From IMG/VR virus record IMGVR_UViG_3300020044_008989, positions 84,421-148,420 of that record: a stretch of DNA of 64,000 nt; one strand, 5' to 3'. Below, one piece after another: positions 36,036-46,091 of the stretch (within the stretch, counting starts at the first letter, position 1; each line of letters begins with the position of its first letter). The notes below the pieces were generated by a model that made no database searches, had not been told where the DNA came from, and saw nothing but the letters and a program-made list of their open reading frames with translations. Both the position numbers and the translations under genes were made by a program. This DNA comes from an uncultured virus (IMG/VR IMGVR_UViG_3300020044_008989). Lineage: Duplodnaviria; Heunggongvirae; Uroviricota; Caudoviricetes.

Positions 36036-36127
36036 TTTTATGGCGCGACAGTTCAAAGAAAGTCATGCACCCTTGTAATGGTATTTACACTTGAGGGTCG
36101 AAAGATTTTGGCTGATTTGAGCGTAAG

Positions 36128-36979
36128 ATGGTGTATATGGCCTTAACAAAACCACCTCAAACAAAAGTCGGGCGCAAGTTTGGAATGCTCTCCCCGCACA
36201 CGGGATTCCACGCGAAAAATAGTCGCGGCAAAACAAAATTGTACTACAAATGTGACTGCGATTGCGGAGCGAAGGATCATGTAGTTTTATCTAGTAATCT
36301 AAGAAGCTCTTCTGGCAGTAATTCTTGTGGATGTAATCAACATACTGGAAACAGGGCTCAAGACCTCACTGGTCAAAAATTCGGAATGTTAACAGCTTTA
36401 AAACCGACCAATAAAAGATACAGGAAAAGCATAGTCTGGTTATTCAAATGTGACTGTGGAACGGAAAAAGAAATGTCTGCTGGAGAGGTTGTCAACTTTA
36501 AAACGGCGTCTTGTGGTTGTAAGAGAAAATACCTAAATCGTGAAGAGGCTGTTTGGGTAAGGACGAAGGCAACTGCGTTGCGTCACTCAGAAGAGTATGG
36601 CAATGTTTCTGATTTAACCTTAGATGAATACGTTGAGGAAACCACTAAAGACTGCTTTTATTGCGGGGCAAAACCAAAAATTCCAGTAATAGACAGAGCC
36701 TCCGATCTTAGATTAGTTAGAAACACGTTGGACAGAATCAATCCACAACTTGGGTATTTAAAAACTAACGTAGTGCCATGTTGCACTAGATGTAATCAGG
36801 CTAAATCTGATATGAGCTATATGCAATGGGTTAATTTTCTCATTGAAGTCCACAAACATTTTATTGAAAGCCAAAAATACCTTCAATTTGCCTTTGGAGA
36901 AAGGGTCGCCGCTAATTCTGAGAAGTTCTTTTTATTTAAAGATTCTCTAGTCCTCAAAACAAAGAAACCCGCCAAGTAG
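36128..36979 (+). CDS. HNH endonuclease with two N-terminal CxCxCG/SCGC repeats
   Basis: GxKFGML...KCDCG...SCGC x2; CFYCG...LDRINP..GY...NVVPCC..CN..K. Confidence 0.88.
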   Translation: MVYMALTKPPQTKVGRKFGMLSPHTGFHAKNSRGKTKLYYKCDCDCGAKDHVVLSSNLRSSSGSNSCGCNQHTGNRAQDLTGQKFGMLTALKPTNKRYRKSIVWLFKCDCGTEKEMSAGEVVNFKTASCGCKRKYLNREEAVWVRTKATALRHSEEYGNVSDLTLDEYVEETTKDCFYCGAKPKIPVIDRASDLRLVRNTLDRINPQLGYLKTNVVPCCTRCNQAKSDMSYMQWVNFLIEVHKHFIESQKYLQFAFGERVAANSEKFFLFKDSLVLKTKKPAK

Positions 36980-36988
36980 GCGGGTTTC
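36964..36988. terminator. Bidirectional terminator hairpin
   Basis: GAAACCCGCC-AAGTA-GGCGGGTTTC between convergent genes. Confidence 0.85.
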
Positions 36989-37007
36989 GGTAGTTATTTT
37001 TTATCTA

Positions 37008-38162
37008 TTACGCGAACACAGCACTGACGTTTGAGCCCGAAACGAAGACCCCCCGCGTAAGATCATTTGTGCCGCCGATTTCAGCTTCAAAAGTCAAATC
37101 AATTGACTGATTATCTCCCACCCCAAGACTAGACTGCTCACTTACAAACTGAGCGCCTTTAAGGGTGTAGCTCATATTGGCAGAACCATTTGGTTTGTTA
37201 ATGGTGAGAGTAATGTCGTGAACGCTTTCATCATCAAGCATCGAAGCAAGAGAGCGTGTAACAGCTTCATTCGCAAGGGCATTAACGGTGAGAGTCGATG
37301 TGATTGGGAAATCTACGGCACGGGCAAATGGGAAACGAGAACCAATCTGCTGAATTGGGGAGCGCGAAAGCGGGATCGAAAGAGAGGCACTTTGGACGCG
37401 AATACCATTTCCACCAGCAACGTCAAGACTCGCGAATGCCGAAGCAACGGTTGAGCCAAGGCCAGTCAGGGAACCGAACGATAACGAAATATCGGCGGGT
37501 CTGCAAGCCGTTACAATCGAAGCTCCAGTGCCAGGAAGAGGCGCTGGAAGATTGACGCCAGTGGTAGCACTGATTGCGACACCATTTGCTGGGTTAACTG
37601 CTGGATTAATAGTTCCAGTGGTAGCTCCATTTACGGTGTATGTGTTTGAGGTAGTATTCGCAGCTTCAAGAGAAATCGAAACCGTAGGAATATCGCCAAC
37701 AGCAACGCTTAATTCATAATTGGTGATAAAGCAATTTCCAAACGCTCTAATTGGAAGACCCGAAAGGGCCGCATTTGCGCCACCAATAGAGTTAAGGTCC
37801 GTGCCTTCTGCGCAAGTAGGAATATAGAGATTAACACCGCTTGCCGAACTGATGGCACCAGAAACAAAGTTGGCTTGACCCGTTAATGTGGATGCGTCTT
37901 GGCAATAAAGACCTAAAAGACGTTCATTGTAGCCATCCGAAAGGTAGTAGGAAAAATCAGCGGAAACAGTAGGTGGTTCGGTTACGATTTTTTGAATCGC
38001 GGCCTGAGTGCCAAATTGCGTAATTGGCGTACGAGCAATTTCGAAACTAGAATTGAAAGACTGAACGCGGCGAAGTTGGGCGTGGGAGCCCGTGCCTGTT
38101 GCGGAGAGGGAGTTGGAGGCAAAGACTCCGAGAGAGGGGTACGTTACGCGGTTACGGGCCAT
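37008..38162 (-). CDS. Major tail (tube) protein
   Basis: Beta-rich, two tube-like repeats, biased codons, GTGTAA promoter, terminator. Confidence 0.75.
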   Translation of the reverse strand: MARNRVTYPSLGVFASNSLSATGTGSHAQLRRVQSFNSSFEIARTPITQFGTQAAIQKIVTEPPTVSADFSYYLSDGYNERLLGLYCQDASTLTGQANFVSGAISSASGVNLYIPTCAEGTDLNSIGGANAALSGLPIRAFGNCFITNYELSVAVGDIPTVSISLEAANTTSNTYTVNGATTGTINPAVNPANGVAISATTGVNLPAPLPGTGASIVTACRPADISLSFGSLTGLGSTVASAFASLDVAGGNGIRVQSASLSIPLSRSPIQQIGSRFPFARAVDFPITSTLTVNALANEAVTRSLASMLDDESVHDITLTINKPNGSANMSYTLKGAQFVSEQSSLGVGDNQSIDLTFEAEIGGTNDLTRGVFVSGSNVSAVFA

Positions 38163-38237
38163 GGTGTATTAAGAGGGGTTTCTCTTCTTTACACTTTTCT
38201 CTTCTCAGACGCCGAAGGGCTTCTGAGAAAAGGGCAA

Positions 38238-38594
38238 TCAACCCACCAACTCTGAATCCTCAAAAATATTCCCAATTACCTTTAACGAAGGCTTGTGCCA
38301 ATTAGTTGACGAGATATTAAATGCTCCATTATTGAATGCTACTGCCGCATTTAAAGTTTTTGCGTGACGATACTCTTCATCGTAGAATGAACCAGAGATA
38401 ATGTCTCCCTCATAAATTTCCCGCCCATTCTTATCAAGTAAACCAGTGAATTGTTGGACGAAGTAACCCTCATCTTCAAAGTCCAATCCATCAGTCAAAT
38501 CCACCTCTGGGATAAATGAGCGGCAGAATCTTTTTTCGTTTACATTCCAAACGCGGAATTTAATTTGGCGGCTCATATTATTTTTCAACGACAA
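38238..38594 (-). CDS. YopX family protein
   Basis: IKFRVW...QQFTGLLDKNGREIYEGDI...VIGNIFE. Confidence 0.92.
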   Translation of the reverse strand: MSLKNNMSRQIKFRVWNVNEKRFCRSFIPEVDLTDGLDFEDEGYFVQQFTGLLDKNGREIYEGDIISGSFYDEEYRHAKTLNAAVAFNNGAFNISSTNWHKPSLKVIGNIFEDSELVG

Positions 38595-38772
38595 GTTTGA
38601 AGACTACTTTATTTTTGGCCGCGTCTAAAAACCATTCAAAATCAATGAATTTAGTGTTATAATCCTTGACAAAATAGCTCATTACGAGGTCAAGGTCTTC
38701 TTCTTGGTAGATTATTTGCGGGTCTTTCATATTGCTTGCGGCCAATAAACTATCTCCACTCTTCCTTGTCAA
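38578..38772 (-). CDS. Hypothetical protein
   Basis: ORF track; true start likely MKDPQ. Confidence 0.6.
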   Translation of the reverse strand: MTRKSGDSLLAASNMKDPQIIYQEEDLDLVMSYFVKDYNTKFIDFEWFLDAAKNKVVFKLVVEK

Positions 38773-39031
38773 GTTTTTCTTTTACGCTGTCTGCGATAAA
38801 TTTTCGTCCGACCCCAAATAGGAAATATCGTTCGGTTTCAAGTTTGAGAGCTTCTTGGGTGTATTTGTTTGCGGCCTCAGTTAAAATGGCCTGAACTTTT
38901 TCTGGTTGGCAGGCATCATCAAGCGCCGCTTTAAAAAGTTCGTCCAGATTAAGCATTTGTTGGCTGAAGGCGTGGACCATGGATTGTTTCATGGTTTCTA
39001 CTTCGATTTTAATTAGGGGCATTTCGTTCAT
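38750..39031 (-). CDS. Hypothetical protein
   Basis: Upstream TTGACA-containing promoter-like sequence (39069). Confidence 0.7.
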   Translation of the reverse strand: MNEMPLIKIEVETMKQSMVHAFSQQMLNLDELFKAALDDACQPEKVQAILTEAANKYTQEALKLETERYFLFGVGRKFIADSVKEKLDKEEWR

Positions 39032-39088
39032 ACTCCTATATTACTACCACAAAAGCTCAAACCTGTCAACTATTATTTGCGGCCAAAA

Positions 39089-39493
39089 TTATTCTGGGAT
39101 TCCAAGGCTAGCGTTTCTTGCTTCGCAAATTTGTGAAAATAAATCTGCCACAATATCTGGCATCATTTTCCTTTTCAGGGTTTCTAGCTCTTCGCCATCC
39201 AGAGATACAAAACTCTCCTCGTTAAGTGACAGCCATTGAAAATAATGATGCGAAAAGCACACGCATTGATGAACAACTGAGTGATTATTCTTATTGAGCA
39301 TATAGAAATCCCCTCTATATGGACTATTCCTATCTATATTAAAAGAGAAGAAAGCGTCTCCATGCGCATTATTTTCTCCTATTAATTTAATAGCGGCAGC
39401 AAAATCTTCTTTTGTTGAAAAGAATTTAACTTCTGCGTAATGGGGAAAGAATTTTGGGGCTGGATAAACTTGATGAGTCATGACAGTAACCAT
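39089..39493 (-). CDS. Hypothetical protein
   Basis: ORF track. Confidence 0.65.
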   Translation of the reverse strand: MVTVMTHQVYPAPKFFPHYAEVKFFSTKEDFAAAIKLIGENNAHGDAFFSFNIDRNSPYRGDFYMLNKNNHSVVHQCVCFSHHYFQWLSLNEESFVSLDGEELETLKRKMMPDIVADLFSQICEARNASLGIPE

Positions 39494-39524
39494 ACTCGAT
39501 CACCCGTTCTTGTCTATCAAAAAA

Positions 39525-40376
39525 TTAAGCCCGTGGATACCTTTGTTGACTCACCTTAAAATCAATGAGGCCAATAAACATTTCATTCTGCACGGATTTT
39601 CGCAGTTGGTCAGTTATTTTGGCCGTCTTAACGCTTTCGATATACAGGGGCAAGCCGCTCGCCAACCACTGATTAGAGAGGCTATTGTAATTATAATACC
39701 CCGTCTTCAAGTCTCCAAACTCTGTAAACGGCACTTCCTCGAAAGGAATGTGGGCGATGGTTTTATTTTTTGTATCCGCAAACAATCCAAAGATGCCATC
39801 AATTTGATAAGAATTTTCGCAAAAGACTGTGGCTGTCAGTTTTACCTCTGTTGTGTCCATGCCACCAAAAGCAAAGGGCGAATTCTCCACATTTGCCGCC
39901 GAAATAAAAATCGCGGGCACAACTGGTTGATACGGAGGAATCCCAGATAAAGGAATGTTCGTTCCTACTTTGGGCGATGGCAGGTATTTTTTTTCAATAA
40001 TTAAATCCTCTACTGAGTCGCTGGTAGAGTAAACGTTGAATTCTTTGTGTGAAAAAGAGCCTGTTGGTTGAGCGGATGTTGATAAGCCGCTAGCGAGAAC
40101 TCGTCCGTTATCATAATCAAGAAAAAGATTATTTGCGCGGCCAGAAAAATTTGCCCCCACCCACACGCCCGAAGGAACAATGGCTCCCGACACAGAAGAA
40201 TCGGCCACCCACTGTTTATAGGGCGAAGAAAAACTCCTATATGTTGGAATGGAAGAATCGGCGGCGTAAAATAGTTTCCCTGTTTTGTTTGTGTAGGCTT
40301 TACCCTTGTCAAGAAGGTGGTGGTCAAACCAGAGGATGAATGACGTTTGAACTTCGTGGGAAAACTGGGGGACCAT
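39525..40376 (-). CDS. Putative neck/tail-completion protein
   Basis: Late promoter; synteny with tail tube. Confidence 0.55.
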   Translation of the reverse strand: MVPQFSHEVQTSFILWFDHHLLDKGKAYTNKTGKLFYAADSSIPTYRSFSSPYKQWVADSSVSGAIVPSGVWVGANFSGRANNLFLDYDNGRVLASGLSTSAQPTGSFSHKEFNVYSTSDSVEDLIIEKKYLPSPKVGTNIPLSGIPPYQPVVPAIFISAANVENSPFAFGGMDTTEVKLTATVFCENSYQIDGIFGLFADTKNKTIAHIPFEEVPFTEFGDLKTGYYNYNSLSNQWLASGLPLYIESVKTAKITDQLRKSVQNEMFIGLIDFKVSQQRYPRA

Positions 40377-40385
40377 ATCAGTGTT

Positions 40386-40844
40386 TTACACCCCACGCTC
40401 TCTGTTGGCTTCGTTACCAAACCCCGCCAAAAAACACATGCTCAGCGTAAACATGATCGCTTGACCAAGGCCGCGTTCCTCACAAGGTTCTACTAAAAAA
40501 CATAGTAATATAAAAATTAAACAGGATATTAAAATACCTATAAATAGCCAATGTTTTGTCGTCGCAAGAGCAAAAAAAGTTTTGACCATACTTCTTGATT
40601 TTAGAAAATTTTGAGCCGCCCTAAATCCTGCTTCGTCAACTATGTTATTTTTAATTTCTTCAATTTTTTGAATTTCTTTTTCCTTGAGGATTTTTTTCTG
40701 ATTAATTTCTTCAAGAGCCGCGTTTTCCCTGTTGAAAGAATCGTCAATGGCAACAATTGCTTCAATAATTGGAGCGTCAAGTTTATCCTCTTGAAGTTTT
40801 GCTGCTTTTTGTTTCGCTCTCTGGATTTGGATTTCTGTGATCAT
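40386..40844 (-). CDS. Membrane protein (coiled coil + 2 TM)
   Basis: Hydrophobic C-terminal helices; own TTGACA-16-TATAAT promoter. Confidence 0.75.
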   Translation of the reverse strand: MITEIQIQRAKQKAAKLQEDKLDAPIIEAIVAIDDSFNRENAALEEINQKKILKEKEIQKIEEIKNNIVDEAGFRAAQNFLKSRSMVKTFFALATTKHWLFIGILISCLIFILLCFLVEPCEERGLGQAIMFTLSMCFLAGFGNEANRERGV

Positions 40845-40891
40845 AAGTGTTTAATTATACCTTAATGAAACGCTCTGTCAATAGAAATCTA

Positions 40892-41530
40892 TCAAACGTT
40901 CTTCACAACCGCAAACCCCATCTCCTCGAATCTTTTATGCCAGTCATTAATAAATGGTGTGATCCATTTTACGGGTTTGGTATTTAGTCTGGGGCCGCTT
41001 TCTTTTTGCAAACCAAAGTGCGACAATGATTGCGTGACGCCCATAGCGGCGAAAGGGGCATTGATATATTGACCCAACCCTGGGATTCCATCCTCCAACC
41101 CAGTGACCCAAGAATATCCATTCGCCCAAGGAAGTTGATCCTTCGTTGCCTCTTCAATCTTCTCCACAAAAGGAAAGTTGTCAACTTGCCACGTTAAAAA
41201 AACAGTTCGCCGCAAAGTCATTTTTCGCAGAACGGCAATTATGGCGTTTATGGGTTTTTGCCGTCTCTTAAAACCAAGGAAGGAGAATAAATCGCCCTTC
41301 CCGCCTCTTCCCAGCAAATCCGCGAAGTCATTGTCCCCAAACCCTGGCCCATATTCAATAGCCTCCACAACCTTTAATTGCCGAAACTCGCTAATCATTT
41401 CTGCTTTTAGCCTCGCGAACTCTTTTTTAGTGGGCGGATTTAAATAATTAACGAGGGTTTGGACAACTTTATTGTTTTTAAGTTGCTTTTTTAGTTGATC
41501 CCTTATGTTCCCGAGAGAGAATTTAGCCAT
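40892..41530 (-). CDS. Putative neck/virion morphogenesis protein
   Basis: Coupled to 41530..42000. Confidence 0.5.
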   Translation of the reverse strand: MAKFSLGNIRDQLKKQLKNNKVVQTLVNYLNPPTKKEFARLKAEMISEFRQLKVVEAIEYGPGFGDNDFADLLGRGGKGDLFSFLGFKRRQKPINAIIAVLRKMTLRRTVFLTWQVDNFPFVEKIEEATKDQLPWANGYSWVTGLEDGIPGLGQYINAPFAAMGVTQSLSHFGLQKESGPRLNTKPVKWITPFINDWHKRFEEMGFAVVKNV

Positions 41531-42000
41531 TATTGCTCGTCTGTTGGGGTCAAGAGATACTCATAATAGGGAGAATAGTCTGGACCAAACATAGCGATTT
41601 GTCGGGCATTTGAGACTACAGAGTAACGGTTCCCGTCAAGTTCTAATCTCTGCGCATCCTTGATAAATTCATATGCGGCTCTATCCACTTTAATCTTTAC
41701 CGAACCAGCGGGCAAAACAATTTTATTCTGGACCCCGCCAGCCGTTCCATCGCTAAATTTAAAAACCTCTTCGTCGGCTTTGACATATTTAATTCGCGCC
41801 GTTGTTTCTAAAGATACTTCTGTAAATTCCGTGTTTGAGCTTTGGGTTTTATAGAAAGCGTTATACTGACTATTTGAAGATAAAGACACTCGTTCTCCTG
41901 CTTTCCAGATCGTGATTGGACGCTGAAACGTTTCGTGGATTGAATCAAAAACGTTTGCGATGTTCCTTTTCTGCGTTGCGCTAAGATAACTGGTTGCCAT
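41530..42000 (-). CDS. Putative head-closure (stopper) protein
   Basis: GTGTAA promoter; beta-rich; ...LELDGNRYSV. Confidence 0.55.
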   Translation of the reverse strand: MATSYLSATQKRNIANVFDSIHETFQRPITIWKAGERVSLSSNSQYNAFYKTQSSNTEFTEVSLETTARIKYVKADEEVFKFSDGTAGGVQNKIVLPAGSVKIKVDRAAYEFIKDAQRLELDGNRYSVVSNARQIAMFGPDYSPYYEYLLTPTDEQ

Positions 42001-42003
42001 AAA

Positions 42004-42408
42004 TTAATTTACACCCCTAGCTTTTCTTGCGGCCTCATCTGCTTTTGAATTATTTTGGCGCGGCACCCATTTAAAAACAACTTGGTTGTGATTATTTTTC
42101 GCGGCCAATAAATTTTCCCAAAGGTCTTTATTCTTCACTGGCTGGTTTTTATAGTTCTTCCAGCCATTCTTTAGCCACCCTTTAATATGATGATTTATCC
42201 CTTGAACGACGTATTGAGAGTCAGAAAGAATAACTATATCTTGCGGTTCTCCAAAATGCTTTAAAGCTTTAATCGCCGCCATAAGTTCCATACGGTTGCT
42301 CGTAGTGTCCCATTCCCTACCAGAGTAAGATTTTCCTTCTGTTATGTAAGACCACCCACCCTCCTTTGAAGAGCAATCACACGATCCGTCTGTATTAATA
42401 TAAACCAT
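42004..42408 (-). CDS. rnhA: Ribonuclease HI
   Basis: TDGSC, TSNRMELMAAI.AL, SDSQYV, KNKDLW, FKWV, N..ADEAA. Confidence 0.95.
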   Translation of the reverse strand: MVYINTDGSCDCSSKEGGWSYITEGKSYSGREWDTTSNRMELMAAIKALKHFGEPQDIVILSDSQYVVQGINHHIKGWLKNGWKNYKNQPVKNKDLWENLLAAKNNHNQVVFKWVPRQNNSKADEAARKARGVN

Positions 42409-42424
42409 CCTCTATAATAACTTA

Positions 42425-42878
42425 AAATCAGACTACTAATCTTATTCTCTCTCTTAACCTCTTACCTTTCGGGTAGTCGGGCAGTTTTTTGTCTGCTCTT
42501 AAGAGAAGATACTATTTCAGCCATTGAAGGTTTGGAACGCTTTGTCGGTATAGTTTGGCTTTCGCCAATTTGTATCCTTCGCCTTAATTCTATGCTAGGT
42601 TAACTCATAGAACACTTGGACGCTATTGAAACCGCTGGGTAAGCTGACGAATCGAATAGTCATTGCGCCTCAAGTTGGTTTCTCGCCCCTCGGATTTCTC
42701 CTCCATGCGATACATTGGAATCTTAACTGGGTTCTCCCCACGGCAAACACTTAATTCTGACTAGCCCATCATATTAAATGTCGGCAACTACTGAAACTGC
42801 CCTAAAACAGCGTTGCGGTTGCGTTCGTCCTTTTCAACTGGTCGTAAAAAAGCCTACGACTGGCCTTTGGATATGTCA
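42425..42878 (-). ncRNA. Candidate large structured ncRNA under a late promoter
   Basis: No ORF in the track across ~500 nt; GTGTAA at 42891-42886; multiple hairpins including a GAAA tetraloop. Confidence 0.55.
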
Positions 42879-42935
42879 TAGTATATTACACATGGATCAT
42901 CCTTTTGTGTAAAGAAAATTAAGGAACAAGGAAAA

Positions 42936-43226
42936 ATGAACGCCAAGGAAGAGCTATTGGAACGCCAAAGGTTGCACATTCGCAGTCTTTTTAAAACGCT
43001 GCTCTCAGAAATTGAGGATATTAAGGAGGATTTTGATGAGCGATATAGACTCTTACAGGATCAACTTTCGCCCGAACATTTGCCCATGCTTTACGCCGCA
43101 AACCCTCTCACGAATGACCGTTTCATGAGAATCCGCAAAAGAATCTTGGATGTGGGAAATGATGTTTCGCGGGCGATGGATTCAGAAACAGAGAGGTATG
43201 ATGTGACGTTCGTATTCAAACAATGA
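42936..43226 (+). CDS. Hypothetical late protein
   Basis: GTGTAA at 42907. Confidence 0.75.
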   Translation: MNAKEELLERQRLHIRSLFKTLLSEIEDIKEDFDERYRLLQDQLSPEHLPMLYAANPLTNDRFMRIRKRILDVGNDVSRAMDSETERYDVTFVFKQ

Positions 43227-43247
43227 TTTTTTGCTATTATAAACACT

Positions 43248-43994
43248 ATGCCCGACGACAAAACCCTCTACTCCTTCACAGTCACCCACAAGATTGAAAA
43301 ATCTGAAAAAGAAACCTCCACCGATGACTCTGGGGCCGAAATCACTAAGACAGTAAAAAAGACTGTTGACGAGCCAATCACCGTCACAATCAAACGCCCA
43401 ACTCGCCGCCAAGAAGATGAAGCGGAGGAAGAATACGCGGTTCAGTTTTCTAAGTTCATTAAGAAAGGTCTTATGACGAAAGCTATGCTTGCAAACAAGT
43501 ATAGTGACAACGGCGGATTAATGAGTGACGCCGACACAAAAGAGTATGGCAAACTTCTTAAGGAACTCTCTGACGCCAAAGACGAATACACGAAACTTAG
43601 TGCCTTCGCTGATAGCGGCAAAAAGAAAACGAAAAAGTTGGACGAACTCTCGGCCCGAGTTATCGAGTTGACTCAGACTATTCTCAGAATTGAGAATCGC
43701 TACCAGAATCTTTTTGAATTGACCGCCGAAACAAAGGCTGATTCCCAGCGGTTGCTCTGGTACGCCCTTAACCTATCCTATATTCAGGACGGCGACAAAA
43801 CAGTTCCTCTTTATGAGGGTAGCGACCTAGAGGAGAAGCGCGAAAGTTACTACAAAAAAGAAGAAAACCCCGACGAGGTTTACTCTCAAGTGCGGCAAAA
43901 ACTTTGGTTGATCTATGCTGTGTGGCAGTATAATCGCAGCGCCACTCCAGAAGAATTGGCGGACATGATTAAGTCCATCGAAGGGGATGCATGA
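43248..43994 (+). CDS. Putative tail assembly chaperone
   Basis: Helical, upstream of tape measure. Confidence 0.55.
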   Translation: MPDDKTLYSFTVTHKIEKSEKETSTDDSGAEITKTVKKTVDEPITVTIKRPTRRQEDEAEEEYAVQFSKFIKKGLMTKAMLANKYSDNGGLMSDADTKEYGKLLKELSDAKDEYTKLSAFADSGKKKTKKLDELSARVIELTQTILRIENRYQNLFELTAETKADSQRLLWYALNLSYIQDGDKTVPLYEGSDLEEKRESYYKKEENPDEVYSQVRQKLWLIYAVWQYNRSATPEELADMIKSIEGDA

Positions 43995-44976
43995 TAACGA
44001 CTACATCTCCTTAATCTCGGAGATTTTTCAAGGATATACCGAGTTGTCTTACAAGGGCGACTCGGTTTTTCTTCGCCATATCAACATCCACGATCAAAAC
44101 AGGCTGTCGAAACTTGTTGAGAAAATTACTGCCGAAAAAATCGCACGCGGCATTCCTTCCGAAAAGGACCGTCTTGACCAACTAAAACAGGATAAAGAAT
44201 GGACTAGCGACGACGAACTAAAGATTAGCGAAATTGAAAACTACGTCAAAAACCTACTCCAGAGCAAGAAAAAGTACGCTCTACCGTCCCAACAAAAAGA
44301 AGCACAGAAACTAATTGACGAAGAAGCGGCCAAACTAAATGATTTGCGGCAAAAAAAACGCTCACTAATCGGCCCAACCGCCGAAGATTTCGCCGCCCGA
44401 AAAGCTAATGAGGAATTTTTGCGCCACTTAATTTATTCTGATGAGAATTGTTCTCGCTTACATTTTTCAGATGAAGAATTTGGCGAAATTGAACCCTCTA
44501 ATCTTAATGGTATCTATGATGGTTATCAGAGGATGATGACGCGGTTTTCGGATGAAAACGTTCAAAAGGCCGTGCTCTGTGACTTTTTTAATATGTATTT
44601 GCCGTTTTGTGAGAAGCCGTGGGATTTTTATGGCGTGCCGCTAATTAAGTCTAGTGTTTTTCAGCAAAAGGTTCTCGTGTATGGGCGAATGTTCCTCAAT
44701 ATTTTTCAGAATGTAGAGAAAATCCCCGACCACATTAGGCAAGATCCGAAAGCGTTACTTGATTTTGCCGACTCTTCTAGAAACAAGGATAAAGCTCAAT
44801 CCAAGAATTCCGCCAAGGAAGGTTCTACATCTTTCGTTATGGGGACTCGGGAAGACGCTGAATACATGGCTGGCGATGGAGTCGAAGTGGGGGATTTGGC
44901 GGAAGAATTGAAAGCCAACAATGGATTTATGGATCAGGAAACTCTACTAAAGCGCCTTGGAGTTCTGACTCATTAA
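43987..44976 (+). CDS. Putative second tail assembly chaperone
   Basis: Helical, upstream of tape measure. Confidence 0.5.
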   Translation: MHDNDYISLISEIFQGYTELSYKGDSVFLRHINIHDQNRLSKLVEKITAEKIARGIPSEKDRLDQLKQDKEWTSDDELKISEIENYVKNLLQSKKKYALPSQQKEAQKLIDEEAAKLNDLRQKKRSLIGPTAEDFAARKANEEFLRHLIYSDENCSRLHFSDEEFGEIEPSNLNGIYDGYQRMMTRFSDENVQKAVLCDFFNMYLPFCEKPWDFYGVPLIKSSVFQQKVLVYGRMFLNIFQNVEKIPDHIRQDPKALLDFADSSRNKDKAQSKNSAKEGSTSFVMGTREDAEYMAGDGVEVGDLAEELKANNGFMDQETLLKRLGVLTH

Positions 44977-45973
44977 CTCTTTTCCATTTCTTGTAAAAGT
45001 CTTTTTTTCCTGTCATTAATGCTTTTATACTATCTCTGCGAACGCCTATGAACCTAGAAAAATGCATTCCAGATTCAAAAAAATAAATTTTCCCGTCTGG
45101 AGACTTTAAATAAATGGATTTTTTTGTCTTATTGCTGATTTTGGCATCGGGAATTTTCCACCCGTTACATGTTCCACCTCGTTTCTTCAAAATAAATAGG
45201 GACGATGGGGCTCTATTTAAAAAGAGACACGCAAGACCATGAGATTCAAAAGTTTTTATTTCTCCAGTTTTTACGTTCTCAAGTTCTATGGGCTTTAGAT
45301 AAAATTTTCTTTTTTTATTTAAACCACTTATCGTCCATCCTTTTGTTTGAGTCATCTTTCCCTTTTTGATTTTAACAATGGCGCTAATATCTGAATTTAT
45401 ATACTCGGCAGCTCTAGTAATATTTTCAAAAACAATCGTTTCTCCAGATATTATATTTGTCATTGAAATTGGATTTCCTCGTCCCGCTTTCTTTTGAATT
45501 TTGAAATTTGAACACTTGCAACTCCATCCCTTGTAAGAGAATTTTTTTCGACCAGTTACTTTGTACAGATAACCTTTATCCAGTTTATCTTCCGAATATC
45601 TCTCTACAAGTTCTGGTATGCTGCAATTAATTTCAATCCCGCGTGACAAATTCAAAAAATCAAATTTTTTCGGTTCCACGATACTCAATCGACCACCAAG
45701 CGTAGAATTAAATCCGTCATGAAAAGAGTTATAATGTTCAATCCAAAAGATTTCTTGTTTATTTAAATGACTCTTTTCACAGAGTTCGATTATTTCAAAT
45801 AAAATCGACTCTTTGCCGTATTTATTATATGAATGTTGCAGGAACTTACTAAAGTGTTTGTTAAGCTTTAAATCGCTAAAGTGCCTCTTTTTTCTACAAA
45901 TCAAGTCAGAAGATTGACCAATGTAACATTTATTATTCCCCGTGCAAGTAATTTTATATATCCCAATATTCAT
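44927..45973 (-). CDS. GIY-YIG homing endonuclease with NUMOD1-like repeats
   Basis: GIYKI...CYIGQS...R...H; repeated F.S...A....GW domains. Confidence 0.93.
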   Translation of the reverse strand: MNIGIYKITCTGNNKCYIGQSSDLICRKKRHFSDLKLNKHFSKFLQHSYNKYGKESILFEIIELCEKSHLNKQEIFWIEHYNSFHDGFNSTLGGRLSIVEPKKFDFLNLSRGIEINCSIPELVERYSEDKLDKGYLYKVTGRKKFSYKGWSCKCSNFKIQKKAGRGNPISMTNIISGETIVFENITRAAEYINSDISAIVKIKKGKMTQTKGWTISGLNKKRKFYLKPIELENVKTGEIKTFESHGLACLFLNRAPSSLFILKKRGGTCNGWKIPDAKISNKTKKSIYLKSPDGKIYFFESGMHFSRFIGVRRDSIKALMTGKKDFYKKWKRVNESELQGALVEFPDP

Positions 45974-46091
45974 TTGTACCCATTTACACTAAACGGTCTT
46001 CCATGATTAAGTATCATTGCGTTAAAAAACCAAAATATCTAAACTTAGATAATTAACTTCCGATGTGTAAATCCTGTAACAGGACTAAGGA

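Noticed and set aside
42425-42510. Group I intron core (GACTA/TAGTC P7-like pairing)
   Set aside because: No interrupted gene, and no room for the P4-P6 domain between the putative P3 and P7 strands.
43960-43994. Programmed -1 frameshift between tail chaperone genes
   Set aside because: The second ORF is in the +1 frame with its own ATG, and no XXXYYYZ slippery site is seen at the overlap.
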